64,000 nt of DNA, from positions 20,958,001-21,022,000 of the forward strand of contig CM052832.1 in NCBI GenBank assembly GCA_028534125.1, written 5' to 3'. The notes below the pieces were generated by a model. The model was not told the origin of the DNA, did not search any database, and saw only the letters and a program-made list of their open reading frames with translations. This stretch comes from Lama glama (lineage: Eukaryota). This document shows positions 23,900-37,230 of the stretch, one piece after another; the first letter of the stretch is position 1, and each line of letters begins with the position of its first letter. Both the position numbers and the translations under genes were made by a program.

Positions 23900-26800
23900 A
23901 TGTATGTCTATGAAGTTCTCCCTGATGTGTTTGTTATTGCTGCCTCACTGGCTCCCCTGTTCCTCAGCTCATAACGGAAGACAGAGGCGAGACAGAGAGG
24001 AGGTGCAGAAGGCTAGCTTTGCAAGTGCCCCAATATTTCAGGAGTTTTGATAATTTGGATTATGTAGGTTATTTTTTTTTATAGTCCTGCTTAGGGGAGA
24101 GAAAGTGGGCCCCCTTGGTGAATAGAAGTGACTGTTTGTGCAATAGAATTGATTATCTGTTCAAGATGGCTTATGCTGTAGGACTATAAAAAATTGCAGG
24201 TGGCTTACGCTACAAGAGGAGCTATCAGTCATCCTGAACTATTGACATATTTTTATGTACTGTAGTCTCAAATCACTCACTAAGGTTACCTATTCATCCA
24301 TGAAATCTAAAATTCACAGTCCTACCTACAGGGAACAAAAGGGATTTAAACTGAAAAGTCCACTCTCCCTAGTCTTAGAACAATATCATGTTTTGAAGCT
24401 CAATAGAAAAGCAGGGCTATATTCCTTATGCTCAGCATCCCAGGTACTACTGGCATCCAGCTACCACCTTTGTTCACGTGATACCGGAGAGCTACACATT
24501 TCAGGGATTGGGAAAAGCTATTAAAACTCTTTTCACAGCTTTGATATCCAATTGGGTCATGAACTAATAAATATTATAGTGAATATTTGTTTTTCTTCAC
24601 CAATGTGCTTGTCACTGTACAAACTGCAAATGAAATCAAGTTTGGTCCCAGGAACTTAAAAATTACTAAGCACATGCTGACCTTCCTACATTATGAGAGA
24701 CAGTCAGATAACTAAACACAGGGCCGAGAGAGAATCTCCTTCAAGAGATGGATAAAAACGCTATAGTTATGGCTGTGTGATTTCCCTGCCACAAGAGGAA
24801 CCCGCTAGAAAGGCTCGCCAGCCGGCTAACGACCTTAAGACCATAATTTTTAAACACATAACGCTGGATTAGAGATGAGGTGGTAAGTTCTTCTTGCTGG
24901 CCTTTCTCATCCTAATGTAAAAATTCTCTATCTAGATCTGAATTAACAGATTTTCTTAGACCTTTGTTCCCCAGTTCCTCTCTTAATTTCTCAGCTCTGT
25001 GCAGTTTTTGTCTGCTTTCCCGAACTGGCAGTCACTCCCTAATACTCCTTATCTTCAACCCTGTGAAGCAATGAGTCTCTCTGTCAAGTGTTTCCTCTCC
25101 TTCTCTCCCTTCTTTGGTCCAATATCTGGGCATTTTCCAATTTATCAGAACCTTTATCAAGCAAAATCTTATCAAGCAGAAAATTTGAACAAGAAAGGGT
25201 AAACTCAACTGTCAAAAGAAATGGAAGTTATCACAGGCAACGGAAGAACTCATCAGTACTAGCGTGGCGTAGCATGTTTTGTTGATTTTCTTTTTCTTGG
25301 TTACTGCTGTCTCAAAATATAGTTTATGGAGCTGACTATTATTCTGTGGAGTCATCACAGGTGAAATATCCTGAAAGTCATGTAGAATTTTTTTGTAAAG
25401 CAACAAAAAGGAAGAACAGCACTTGACAAGTCAATTACAGTTGACTTCCATTCTACGTCACTATGAGCTTTGTTCATTTATACCTCTTTCCGACAGGAGC
25501 ACCATGATTTCCTATTTATTTACTCACTTATTCAGCATATAATACATATCAGACATAGTATGCGATAATAACAGTAAAATCCAGAAGAAATCACAGTCTA
25601 CACTCAAAGAGCTCAGTGTCGTGCTAGGTATGTAATGTTTTTTAAAGAGCAAAGAAGAAAGGAGAGTAGGAAGGAGGAGAGCAAGTCAGACTACAGTATT
25701 TGTAGTACACCTGTAACAGAAACCTGCAACAGGGAGGGAAAAGCTACGTCCAAGGACAGAAGGAAGAGAGGGGAGGGGCAGGAAAGGCTGGGCTGAGAGC
25801 AGAAGCTGGAGAATGGAGTCTTGAAGAGGAGCTGCTCTGCTTGCCTGGTGAGTTAGAGTAAGTGCGTGGGAAGGACGGAGGCAGGAGAGAGCAGTAAGGA
25901 GAACTTGTGTCCCCAGGCGTGAGGCTGTCTGTGTCACTCCTCCCTGCATCTTTCATGTCTTTAGACCTGACCTTTCTAGCTCTGACATCTCACAGCTGCC
26001 CCATCTTTCCCCGCCTGCTGGTTCTTCTCTGTAGAGGACTTTGTTATGCAACATGCACGCCTGAAGTAGCCCCAGTGGTTCTTCCCTCTGCAGCACAGAC
26101 TCTTCCCACCTCCTCACCAGCCTCCCATCCACCAGGGGCTCCACTGCCTGCTCAAGTCCCGGCAAGTCATCTTCAGAGTGAAATTCTAAACACTCAGACT
26201 CCATTCTAAGATCTTTGTTACCGGCACCGATCTCCTACTCAGCTTTATGTTCTACCACGTTGCTCCTTCAGAGACAGTGGTTTCAGTGCCTGACAAATGG
26301 ACAAGGCTCTAAGGTGGGACTGTAAACGTAACTGTCTTACAGGAGTAAAGGTGAAATGAGAACATATATACAAACATAGCACAGCACCTGGCACTCTGTG
26401 AGCCCTCAAACAGGAAGGTTAGGGGGAGCAGGGGAGAGGGGAAAAGGGGATGAGAGTACTTCTAATTTTAGCACCCCCCCCCAAGACTGCCCTCCTTCCC
26501 TTCTCTCCTCGTCTTTAAAACATCCACTAACAATCTCGCTGTGGGACAGTAACTCTCCCCCTGGGAGTACAATTCAGTACTAATTTTCTCTATTCATTAT
26601 TGCCCCTGCTAAACCTTAATTCTCTTATAATATGCTTCTTTTTTTTTTTAAGGGAGAACTACCATAGCCTCAGTTTATCCAAGCAAAATCACTACTCCCT
26701 CCTCACTCCACAATCACTTGGTCACCAAGTCCTTGAAAATTCTCATCTTCTAAACTCCGCCCCCCTTTTCCCCATCCCCATTTTCCAGAATAGTCATTTC

Positions 26801-27974
26801 ACAAACAGGAGATAAATGAATAAAGACACAACTGATTCACTAATTACAACTGTGGATAAGTCTGATAAGTCTCCACGGAGAACTTCACTGGAATGTGTGA
26901 CATCATATGGCTGTTGTGAACATTCAATGAGATAATAGAAGAAAAATTTAGAACCTATCTTTAAAGGCAAACATATGACATTGTGATGTTTTTATTAAGG
27001 TCAGAGGAAAAATTTTAATAACTAAATGGCAAGTTGGCATTGGAAATTATTGAAACATAGTACCAAGGTTTCAAAACATCTAGGATTAGACCACCTTCAA
27101 GCACCTCAACTTCCACTTCAATAAAATGGACTAGATTAGACCAGACCAACTGTCCCTACAGAGAATTTAAAAACTATGGAAAAACTTGTTAACAAAGACT
27201 CTGCTTTAAGGCACAAAGACTTGAAGGGCCATGACTGTGGAAACAAGGGAGCCTGATGTCTGCCTCCTCTTTAACAAGCACATCTGCTAATTCTACTGCA
27301 GACGGTAGAAGAACTAGACAGCTCAATCAACTCAGGAACTGGGCAGGTAAAAATTGGAGTTCACTGCCTGCTAAGGGAAAGGGGCACTCCCTGATAACAA
27401 TCCAGACCCTTGGTTGGGATTCCCCGTTTCTAAACCCAAGGAGGATGCGTAATACACCAGTAAATGAGCAGCCCTCACCAACACTAAGGGCCATCTTTGG
27501 AGCAGTTATTACCTCCATGTATCAAGGTGTTTCATCCTTACCCTGCCTGCCTCCCAGAAGAAAAGGAAACACTTCAAAGGAAGTTATCATTCACAGCTAA
27601 ATAGTATCTCTAAACTTTTAATACACAATGCCCAGCATTCATCTGAAATAATCATGCTTACAAAAATAAGAACTAAGGAAAAATCAAGAGAAAAGTAAGA
27701 AGCAATAGAAACAGACCCACAGGAAATTCAGACATTGTAGTTATCAGATGACTTCAGAGAAATGTGATGAGTGTGTTTAATGAGCCATCCAACTAAAGGA
27801 TTTCAGCATAAACTGAATCAAAAAGACATCTTATAAATTAAAATATAACCACTGGTATGAAAATATTCAAAATATGGGTTTAACAGCATACCATGGATAG
27901 CTGAAGAGATAAAAGTGAACTGGATACTACATCAGGAGGAAATACCCAGATTAGAGCATCAAGAGAAAAAGGGA

Positions 27975-29250
27975 CCCTCATACCACACACAAAAATAAAC
28001 TCAAAATGGCTTAAAGACTTAAACATAAGACACCATAAACCTCCTAGAAGAAAACATAGGCAAAACATATTCTGCCATAAATCTTAGCAATGTTATCCTA
28101 GGGCAGTCTACCCAGGCAATAGAAATAAAAGCAACAATAAACAAATGGGACCTAATTAAACTTAAAAGCTTTTGCACAGTAAAGGAAACCATAAGCAAAA
28201 CCACCTACAGAATGGGAGAAAATATTTGCAAATTATGTGACTGACAAAGGTTTAATTTCCAGAATATATAAACATCTTATATAACCCCCCCCAAAAAACC
28301 ATAACCCAATCCAAAAATGGGCAGAAGACCTAAACAAGCAATTCTCTAATGAAGACATACAAGTGGCCAACAGGCACATAAAAAAAATGTTCAGTATCAT
28401 TAATTATCAGAGAAATGCGAATCAAAACTACAATGAGATATCACTTCACACCATTCAGAATGGCCATCATTAAAAAGTCTATAAATAATAAATACTGGAG
28501 AGGCTGTGGAGAAAAGGGAACCCTCCTACACTGTTGGTGGGAGTATAAATTGGTGCAACCATTATGGAAGACAGTTTGGAGATTCCTCAAAAAACTCAAA
28601 GTAGACTTACCATATGATCCAGCAACACCATTCCTGGGCGTATATCCAGAGGGAACTCTAATTTGAAAAGATACAAGCACCTTAATGTTCACAGCAGCAC
28701 TATATACAATAATAGCCAAGACATGGAAACAAACTAAGTATCCATCAACAGAGGACTAGATAAAGAAGCTGTGGTATATTTACACAATGGAATACTATTC
28801 AGCCATAAAAAAGAATAGAATAGTGTCACTTGCAGCAACATGGATGGATCTGGAGATCGTCATTCTAAGTGAGCCAGAAAGAGAAAGAAAAATCATATAT
28901 CATTCTTTTCTGAAATCTAAAAAAAAGAGAAAAAAGGACACTACTTATCTATAAAACAAACAGACACACAGATATAGTAAACAAACTTATGGTTACTGTG
29001 GGGAAAGTGGTAGGAAGGGATAAATTGGGAGTTGAGATTTGCAAATATTAAACTACTATATGTAAAAAAGACTTTCTAAACTTCTTCTGTATAGCACAGG
29101 GGACTGTATTCAATTATCTTGTATTAACCTATAATAAAAAAGAAGATAAAAAGAAATATATATATGCATATGTATGACTGAAACATTATGCTGTACACCA
29201 GAAATTGACACATTGTTAACTGCCTATACTCAAATTAAAAAAAAAAAAAG
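27975..29250 (+). mobile_element. Relatively young 5'-truncated L1 (ORF2 C-terminus, 3' UTR, polyA)
   Basis: ORF 28415-28666 ([17 protein letters not shown]...[28 protein letters not shown]) is the L1 ORF2 Cys-rich C-terminus; polyA at ~29237-29249. Confidence 0.96.
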
Positions 29251-29759
29251 ATTAAGGCTGAAAAAAAGAAAAAAGGAAAGCAATAAATGAAACCCAGGTT
29301 ACTATACATGTAATTAGACAAGAGAAGAAAAGGGGTAAAACTGTTATCTAAAGAGATAATGGCTGAGAATTGTCCTAAATTGATTAAAAACAACTGTAAC
29401 ATCACAGATTCAAGAAGTGCTACAAATCTTGAGTTAGGTAAACACATGGAAATTCACACCTAGACCATAATAGAAAAACTGCTCAAAACCAAAGACAAAC
29501 AAAATCTTAAAACTGTTTAAAAAAAAAAAAGTGAACATTGTTAAAGCTGCAGAGAGTGGGGGAGGGGAGCTTAACAGCGGAGACAGTATTTTCAAATGGC
29601 AAAAGACAGACCAACAGATTCAACAGAATCATGGTAGCCAGGAGGCATGACCTCAGAAATGCTATTTTTAATGCACTGAAGGTAATTTCCAAAAATTCTA
29701 TACCCAGTGAAAATATCCTTCAAAAATAAAGGCAACATCAAGTCCTTTATGTAAAATCT

Positions 29760-29870
29760 ACAAATATATGTACGTATATGTATGACTGAAGCATTATGCA
29801 GTACACCAGAAATTGACACATTGTAAACACTATACTTCAATAAATATATATAGATACAAAAATAAATAAA
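29760..29870 (+). mobile_element. Very short young L1 3' end
   Basis: tgtatgactgaa...acaccagaaattgacaca is shared with 29171-29211; TSD taaaatct at 29752-29759 and 29871-29878. Confidence 0.85.
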
Positions 29871-30104
29871 TAAAATCTGAGGGAGCTTATCACCAGAAAA
29901 CCTGAAGAAATTCTAAAGGGACCTCTTAAGGCAGAAGGAAAACAATCCCAGATGGAAGGATGTTGTACAATTTCTCCCAAGGAGTATTTTTAAGTAGATC
30001 TGAAAATATCAGATTGATGATCTAAAGACTGAAGAGTATCATTAGGTCTCTGCATGATCTGTTCAATATTTGCTTTAGTAACTTGAATGGCATAATATAA
30101 AATA

Positions 30105-30215
30105 CTGTACTATATATAAAATCAACAAGTTTATACTGTGTAGCACAGGGAACTATATTCATTATCTTGGAATAACCTATAACGAAAAAGAATAGGAAAA
30201 TGAAAAAAAGAAAAT
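30105..30215 (+). mobile_element. L1 3' UTR fragment
   Basis: tagcacagggaactatattc...aacctataacgaaaaagaa resembles 29090-29145. Confidence 0.8.
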
Positions 30216-31659
30216 ATAGAATTCTATGTTAAATATTCAAATTTCAAAAATATGTCTCCACATACCACAAAAACTAACCAATTCACTTTTACTGAAAAGC
30301 TTTCTATGATTGGGAGCTATGTATTTACCTCACTTCCCCTTAGAATACCTTAAATTCCCATCCAATCATTTCCAAACCATTAAAAGCTGTCCTTCCTTCA
30401 AGATTTATTTTTAAGTTTCCCTAACATTTATCACCTATTAAGTGCCTATTTTTGTCAAGTTTGTACCAGGCACTGTATTAGTCTCTACAGCAGAAAGACA
30501 GATCATACCCCTTGTCTTCCCAGTGTAGAGGTTCTCTGGTTATCTTTCCTGACTGCCCACAACTGAATACACTGTCCTTCCTTTAACAGAAGAATTGTGA
30601 GAACATCATGGGATGGACGTTTGTTTTTGTTGCTTTTTTAAACTGATCCCTACAGCACAACCTGTCTGAGACTCTTGTATCAGTGATCTCTCTACAGCAT
30701 TTAACACAAGAGTTCCACACACCAGAGCCTTGACATAAATATCCACTAAGCTAAATCTTGACAAGAGGAAGCAATGGGCCCCAACTCACATCACAGAGTT
30801 TAGCAGAAACAAACAGAAAATCCTTCATTGAAGATTTAAAAAATGAACTGAAAATGCATTGGTGGGAAAGCCCTGACTTACAATATGAACAAAATACCTC
30901 AACATTTTAGCTAATAAAAAGTTTGGTATCTTGTAAACGTATTCTTTAGGTCAAATCTCACTCTTAAAAGTGAGGGTAGACTCGGCACATGTGAAGCCAC
31001 CTCCCCAACACCTACAGAAACTGATTTCTCCTGGTTCGTCTTAAAAGACTTCATAAGAAAACAACACATCCAATGAGAACTGCCATTCAGTACAAATTCT
31101 TGGCCATTCAGCATCTGAGGTATACATGAAACTGTACCAATCCACTTTCCCTTCATTCTGAGCTTTGAAATGATGTTGCTTTTGCCCAGGTTTCTGCCAC
31201 TTCCAGAACAACATCAAATGTTCTTTATTTGTAAAGTTAAACTCTGTGCTCTAGGTTCCTCGGTTATTTACTTAAACTTCAGTGGATAAAATGATAAAAA
31301 TTATTTGAAAGGCAAGTCCAGATTTCACCACATGCTGTTCTTGGCAAAAATGAAATTCTCTGCAAAGGTCTGAACATTTGAAGTCCCGCCTCCGTCATCT
31401 CTTTTTACTATGTTAATTTTGTAACTCCAGCTTTAACAAACATACAAGAACTCCTCCCTCGGACCTGGCACTCTTTCATAGAGAACCAGAGTAGTAACAT
31501 CTTTTTCTTGCCCTTTTAATCTTCCCCAAATGCTGTTCTCAGTACTTCTACCTTCAGGTTCAAAGGTTTGTTTTTTATTTTTTGTTTTTTAATATAGCTG
31601 CAAATCTCTTTAATAAGTAAGAGTCAACATAGAACACAAGCCTTGGGTTCACATTTAGA

Positions 31660-31840
31660 CAGTGTGAGGTCTTATCCTAGTTCTTCTGTCCAGTGTCTAC
31701 ATGGTGTTACATGTGTAACATGTAACTTGTTTCTCCATCTCAGTGTTCTTATCTGTGAAATGTGGCTCATCATACTGAGTTCTAAGGATTGCTTTCTAAA
31801 TAGAAGTGGAAATCTCTACACATGGCACCTGATATGATAG
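31660..31840 (+). mobile_element. MIR SINE
   Basis: ctcagtgttcttatctgtgaaatgtgg...catggcacctga. Confidence 0.65.
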
Positions 31841-33559
31841 AAAGATACACATATACAAACCACATACACATGTGCATGTACTCTTCCTTTCTGTCTGCTC
31901 TCTTCCCATGACCATATCCAAGAGGGGTACTTCCCTATTTCAGTGCCATCTGGACAACTGTGTTTACTTCTCTGGGTTAATTCCATATTTCCTTATTCTC
32001 CAAGCCATAACCTGCATTCATAAACACTCATCTCCTTCCCCGGATATTGCTTCTAGTAATTATGGGTATGTCCCCTATTGTGGTTGTTGAGTGTAGATCA
32101 TCCCTGTTACCTTCCCCATCCTTAGAGTTTCCTTAAGGCAGCCCCACTAATGCTGGATTTGCATGAAGATCAAATTTATGTTCCTTTTCAACATGCATTC
32201 TTCCTGTTCCTTTCTGAGATGCACTCCACCCATATATCCATGACTATCACTTTTATATGCAAGCTTGGCCTAAAAAATCATCCCTGTTTTCATTTACAAA
32301 GGCAGTCGTTCCCTTTCCTGTACTTTTTTCCCCTCTACCAGTGTTGCAATGTTGACTCTACTACCTTGTCTCTCAAAAGTCCTGGAATGACTTTGATAGC
32401 TCAGTAGGGAAATCCACATTATTACAAGCCAAAAACAAGGTCTTATCAACTATGGCGTCTTTTGTATCCAGTGCCTTCTTCATGCTAGGCTGTGTTTTAA
32501 GTATTTTACATAGATGAATGCATCAAGTCTCACAACTCTATGTAGTCCATTACATTATTATCCCCATGCAATAAATCAGGAAACTGATACAGGAAATAAC
32601 TACAAACAACTAGTGGACACCCAGCTAACACGTGCACTCAGACTCAGACCCAGTGGTACCAGCACCATCTCGTTATAGGTGACCCCCGAAGCCGCCTGTG
32701 AGCTTGAAGCTGGTTAAGTCAACGCCATTCCCTGCAGAATGCTGGGGGTGACAAGATCTAAACTCAAACCTCCGCTCCACACCAATGGGAGGGCGAAGGA
32801 AGCAGGGTTCCGGGTGAGGAGTGAGCCAGGAGTCAAGGTTTCCTGGATAAGACCTGAGCTGCTCCTCTGCAGCTCACCCTCCACTCCACACTCCTGCCCG
32901 GCTGGGGGATGCATGAGGAGGGGGTGGGCTTTACATCCCTCCCTCTCTACTTCCTCATAAGTGAGCCTGGAAGCACTATGAAAATCCTTCTCCTCTCTTC
33001 TCCAGAAGGCTTGCGTTTTCTTCCAGCCTGGCCAAGGATCATCCACCTCATCTTTTCCTTTCCAATGCAGCACACCCCTACTCCCACAGTTCAGGCTCCA
33101 GAGCGCAGACCCACTTCTTGACTTGTGTGGGACTTGTATGTATTTTCACTTCATGATCATTCACCCAGGTGTACAGTTACGAACCATGTATTTTTCTGTA
33201 CATAAGTTATACTTTAATCACAGTTTTAAGTTGTATCTATTTAAGCCCCTAAACTACAAACAATTTTAAGCCCCTAAAATACAAAAATATTTTATTTTTA
33301 AAATATTTTTAACACTTCACCTTCAACTTAAACTATCTGATAATGATACTGTAATAACTGAAAGGCAGATCTTCGAAATGTCTTGATGTTTAAAAATATT
33401 AACTGAGCTTGTACACAAACAGAAGCTCAGGACTCCAAAGTTCCTTAAAGTGACCTAAATTTCTGCCTCCTCCAGTCTGCATACCCCAAGATCCAACATA
33501 TCCAGCTACTTGCCCTTTGTTGAACACACAGTATTTCCTCATACCTGGAATGCGCTTCA

Positions 33560-33870
33560 TGTAATTCACTCAACAAATATTTAGTCAAGAAACCAAGCTG
33601 AACAAAAAGACAGTCTCTGCCTAGTGGGGAAAAGATATCATTCAAATAATCATGCAAATCATGTCAAAGCACAGCTGTGATAACCACTCTAAAGGTGAGC
33701 TCTTCTCATAGGAAGAAATTGACTTAGAAGTCAGACTTGCCTGAGGAAGTAACATGGGATCTGGAATCTAAAGGACTGAACCAGGGAGAAGAGCTGAGAG
33801 CAACTTTTCAGGCAGAAGGAAAGGAATGTGCAAGGGCCCTGGGGTTCAGAGGAGGCCGGGGAATAGGAGA
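33560..33870 (-). mobile_element. L2 fragment
   Basis: attcactcaacaaatattta...ctagtgggga...ctgaggaagtaaca...tttcaggcagaagg...tgcaagggccctg. Confidence 0.75.
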
Positions 33871-33929
33871 AGCCTAAAGAAGACAATATCCTTCTCTGCT
33901 TTCAAGATTCCTTCTCTTCTATCACATGC

Positions 33930-34190
33930 TGTTCAAATATCACTTCCCCTGGGAAACTGTTGCCTCCTCTCCATTTGTACTGTAAGTGGATACATCTCTC
34001 ATACCATTATAGCATTTCTTTCATCCTTCTGTTAGCACTTAGCTCACTGTATTGCAATTATCTGTTTATACGTCTGCCTCCCTCACTAGACTGAGAACTC
34101 ACCGCGGACAAGAGCAATAAAGCGTTATCTCCGTCTCTCTGCATACATGCATAAGCATATTTTAAATGCTCAATAAGTGTCTTATGAACG
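33930..34190 (+). mobile_element. L2 3' end
   Basis: tgtttatacgtctgcctccctcactagactgag...tgctcaataag. Confidence 0.75.
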
Positions 34191-34479
34191 AAATAGGGCA
34201 ACAGAACATGTTATGCACACCCAGACATAAACATTTTATCTTCAAACTGTTACCTTCTTTGTGAGTCTGTCTAAAATTTTTGCAAAGACTCAGCTGTGAA
34301 GTAGCCACTTTAAAAAAGGTCTTTTCCCACCCCCAACCTTCATGAATCATAAGGTGTTATTTACTTAAGCATAAGAAACAGCTGCCCAGACTTTGTTAGC
34401 ACAACGTAATTCATTTTATAAATATCACACAATTATCTAATTTCTAAAAGTCTCTGCATGCTTTGAAAGGTGTTATTTT

Positions 34480-35700
34480 GGAAACAAGTCCTGGCCCATC
34501 CCGGGGAAATTCCCAAACCAGCATTGTCATTGCTAAGTATATCTACAGAAGCTCAGAAAGACCACAAAGGAAGCATAAACCCCCAGCTCCTCTGGACATT
34601 CAGAGCGCTGATAGCCCGACATGGGAGGGGTCGCCACGCCCCCCAGTCAGAGCTGCAGTCACTTGGCCTGCCTGCACTTACAGGTAACAATCCCAGAGCT
34701 CAGCTAAACCAACATGCAGCTTCCCTTCATCAGAACAGCACCAGCCCCTCCGCGGCAGCTGCTGCCTGCCTGCCTGCCTTTGTGTGATCCGGTGGTGAGG
34801 ATTATGGAACAGAGGCAGGCTTGTTTTGCTGGCCTTTTTTGCTGAGCCCTCCAAATGGGAATCGAGGCCTCTGAGGTTTTCCTTACATGGTGTCAGCAAC
34901 CCCAGTGCAGATTCTCCTCCCACCTTCAAATCCAATCCCACCCTTTTAGGGAGAGGGAAAACAATGAAATCAAGATGAGGGTATTCCTGCTGCAACCCAA
35001 TCCCCAGGCTCTCCAGCTATTTGATACGGGGTTGTCAGATAGACCTTGGAGGGGAGAGCCCTATCTGTCCCTGACATCTTTCCAGGATTATGGGGATGTT
35101 AGCAGCGGCAGGAGGGGTAACTTAAAACCCAGTCTCCTGGAGCCATGTTTGTGAACACAAGCAGATGTGCGCTTATCCCTGTCGTCCACGGAGGCAGGCA
35201 GCCGGAGCCCCGAACTGAGGCCGCATCCCTGAGAACCACACTCCCTCAGCCTCTGCTCACCACTTCCTCCTCCACTGGCCTCCGCGCGGAAGGGCAGGAT
35301 GTGGACGGCCTGGGAAAGAAGCCCTGTGCCAGCCCGTCAGACGCTGCCCTTTGATCTCTTCCCACCACACTGTGTTACTCTGTGGGCTGTTTTTTTTCCC
35401 CTTAATCTGGCATCCATGGAAGTTAGTACTTTATTACGGACTTCCTGCCTTTATTTATCTCACTTAATTATAAAAATCTCCTGGGAAGAAGGATTCTATA
35501 GAATGCCAGGGAAAGGAGCACAACCAATCACGGAAAGCCAGGCCAGGTTCTAAGTTTGGGGGTCGGGGGGGACTCCTGACTCAGTCATCTGTCCAGTTCA
35601 GTGGTGACACTGCGCACTGCGGTTTGGGTCACAACAGGGTATGACTTAATCCATCTCACTCTTAGGACGGAAGCTGTTTGTCTTACACAACCAGGGTCCT
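34480..35700. promoter_or_regulatory. Candidate promoter/enhancer region
   Basis: Elevated GC and CpG; KLF/SP box CCACGCCC at ~34634; CCAATCA at ~35524; AP-1 TGACTCA at 35577-35583. Confidence 0.45.
34682..34790 (-). other. Possible alternative first exon (5' boundary uncertain)
   Basis: Donor TTACCT|GTaagt in a locally GC/CpG-enriched, repeat-free region; no clear upstream acceptor. Confidence 0.3.
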
Positions 35701-37062
35701 TGGAAATGTCTGTCTCGTCTCAGACAGGACCAGGTGGAGGGAAAAACTCAAGTGGGTGAAGGTGGACAGTGGTGGGTGGGGAGTTCCCCAGCCCTTCCTC
35801 TGAGGCCTGGATCTGTGCTTTCACACTTGCCCCTTCTAAGACAAACAGTATCCCCAGGGATGCTCAGAATAAAACATTCTCCTTCTCCAGGAACTCTCTC
35901 AGAATAGCCCTGTCCCTACTCCCCCTTTTCCAAATTGGTACCCCCCCAACCATATCGTTATGGTCCACTACATATCTTACTGGGTTTCTTGATCTTTTTT
36001 TTTTTCAAGGGGAGTTGGGACATTGATCACCTTTTTAGGAAAGTATCTTAACCTCTCAATCACTCCCAATAGACTGTAAGCCCCAAGAGGGCAGGAAACA
36101 TACCCATATATACTAGGCGCTCAATAGAAGCAGGCCAGGTACACTAAGAATTTCCAGTACTTTGGCTACAAACATGAAGCCTCAAGTCAAATGTCTCTTT
36201 GATTCACTCCAACTACTAAGGGGTTTATATTAAATAAACCAGTATTTAGTCAGAAATTGTTAGGACTAGTCACAGAAAGCAAATTTGAACTCCAAAGCAA
36301 CCTTGCTTGATCCTAAAACTTTCTTTCCCCCTTAATGTTATGTTTTCTGTTGTAGTAAACATTTACTGAGGAGCTCTGTTCCGCACCTCTAAGTCCTTTT
36401 AAAATGGAACTGTCAGGTCTACACAAACCCATTCTGAACCCCCGAGACAATGCTGAAGACCAACCTCCGTCGTTCGCTCCCTGCCATCCACTCACCACAC
36501 CGACACTTAGAGGACTCAGCTTTCCAAGCTGAGTCAGAGGCATTGTATTTCAGCTCCCTGGATGAATGGATGGATGGACGGCCAGAATTGAGCCTGATCC
36601 CAGCTTTCTTCAGTTCTGACTTCAGCACTCCTGGAGGCCAGGCACACCAACCTAGAGCTCCCTAAACCACACACAGAGGAAGCGACGCAGGAGGAGCATG
36701 AACATGTCTCCCACGGCTTACACAACTTAAGTTTTGTCTCATCTCTCCTCATAGCTGAAATGAGAAGAAAGCTAGGCTCTCGGGCTCCATAGGACCAATT
36801 ATTGAACAGAATAAAATGCTTTAGCAATAATTTAGGGTTCCCAGCTTTTAAAGCAGACAAAGCTACTCACAGACACTAACAAGCACCGCCAAATCTCCAT
36901 CACATGGAATCAAAAGGTTACAAATTAACAAGGCTCATTCCTCACAAGCATGTTACAAAAATGCAAACTATGATTCCTGAAAAATAAAAAATACATTATG
37001 GCCCTATACAACCTTAAGAACTAAAATTTGAGGCTTCAAATTCTCCAAGTATATCCTACAAT

Positions 37063-37230
37063 CCAGATATCAGCAAACTTTTCCTATTAAGGGCCAGACA
37101 GCAAATATTTTGGGTTTTGTCTTTGTCTCAATGACTCAATTATGATCTTGTGACCCAAAAGCAGCCATAAACAATCTGTGAATGGGTGAACATGGGTTTG
37201 TTCCAATAAAACTTTATTTACAAAACCAGC
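37063..37230. mobile_element. MER58A-like hAT-Charlie
   Basis: cagcaaacttttcc...aagggccagacagcaaatatttt...aaagcagccata...ttccaataaaactttatttacaaaa. Confidence 0.88.

Larger units (their letters stand above)
27560..29960 (+). mobile_element. Old L1/HAL1 ORF1-region remnant interrupted by two younger L1s
   Basis: gcaatagaaacagacccacagg...; agagataatggctgagaattgtcc; aattctatacccagtgaaaatatccttcaaaaataaagg. Confidence 0.75.

Noticed and set aside
25255..25370. Minus-strand exon (acceptor actttcAG|GAT)
   Set aside because: No credible donor downstream.
28415..28666. Host protein-coding ORF
   Set aside because: It is an L1 ORF2 C-terminal fragment in a truncated, disrupted element.
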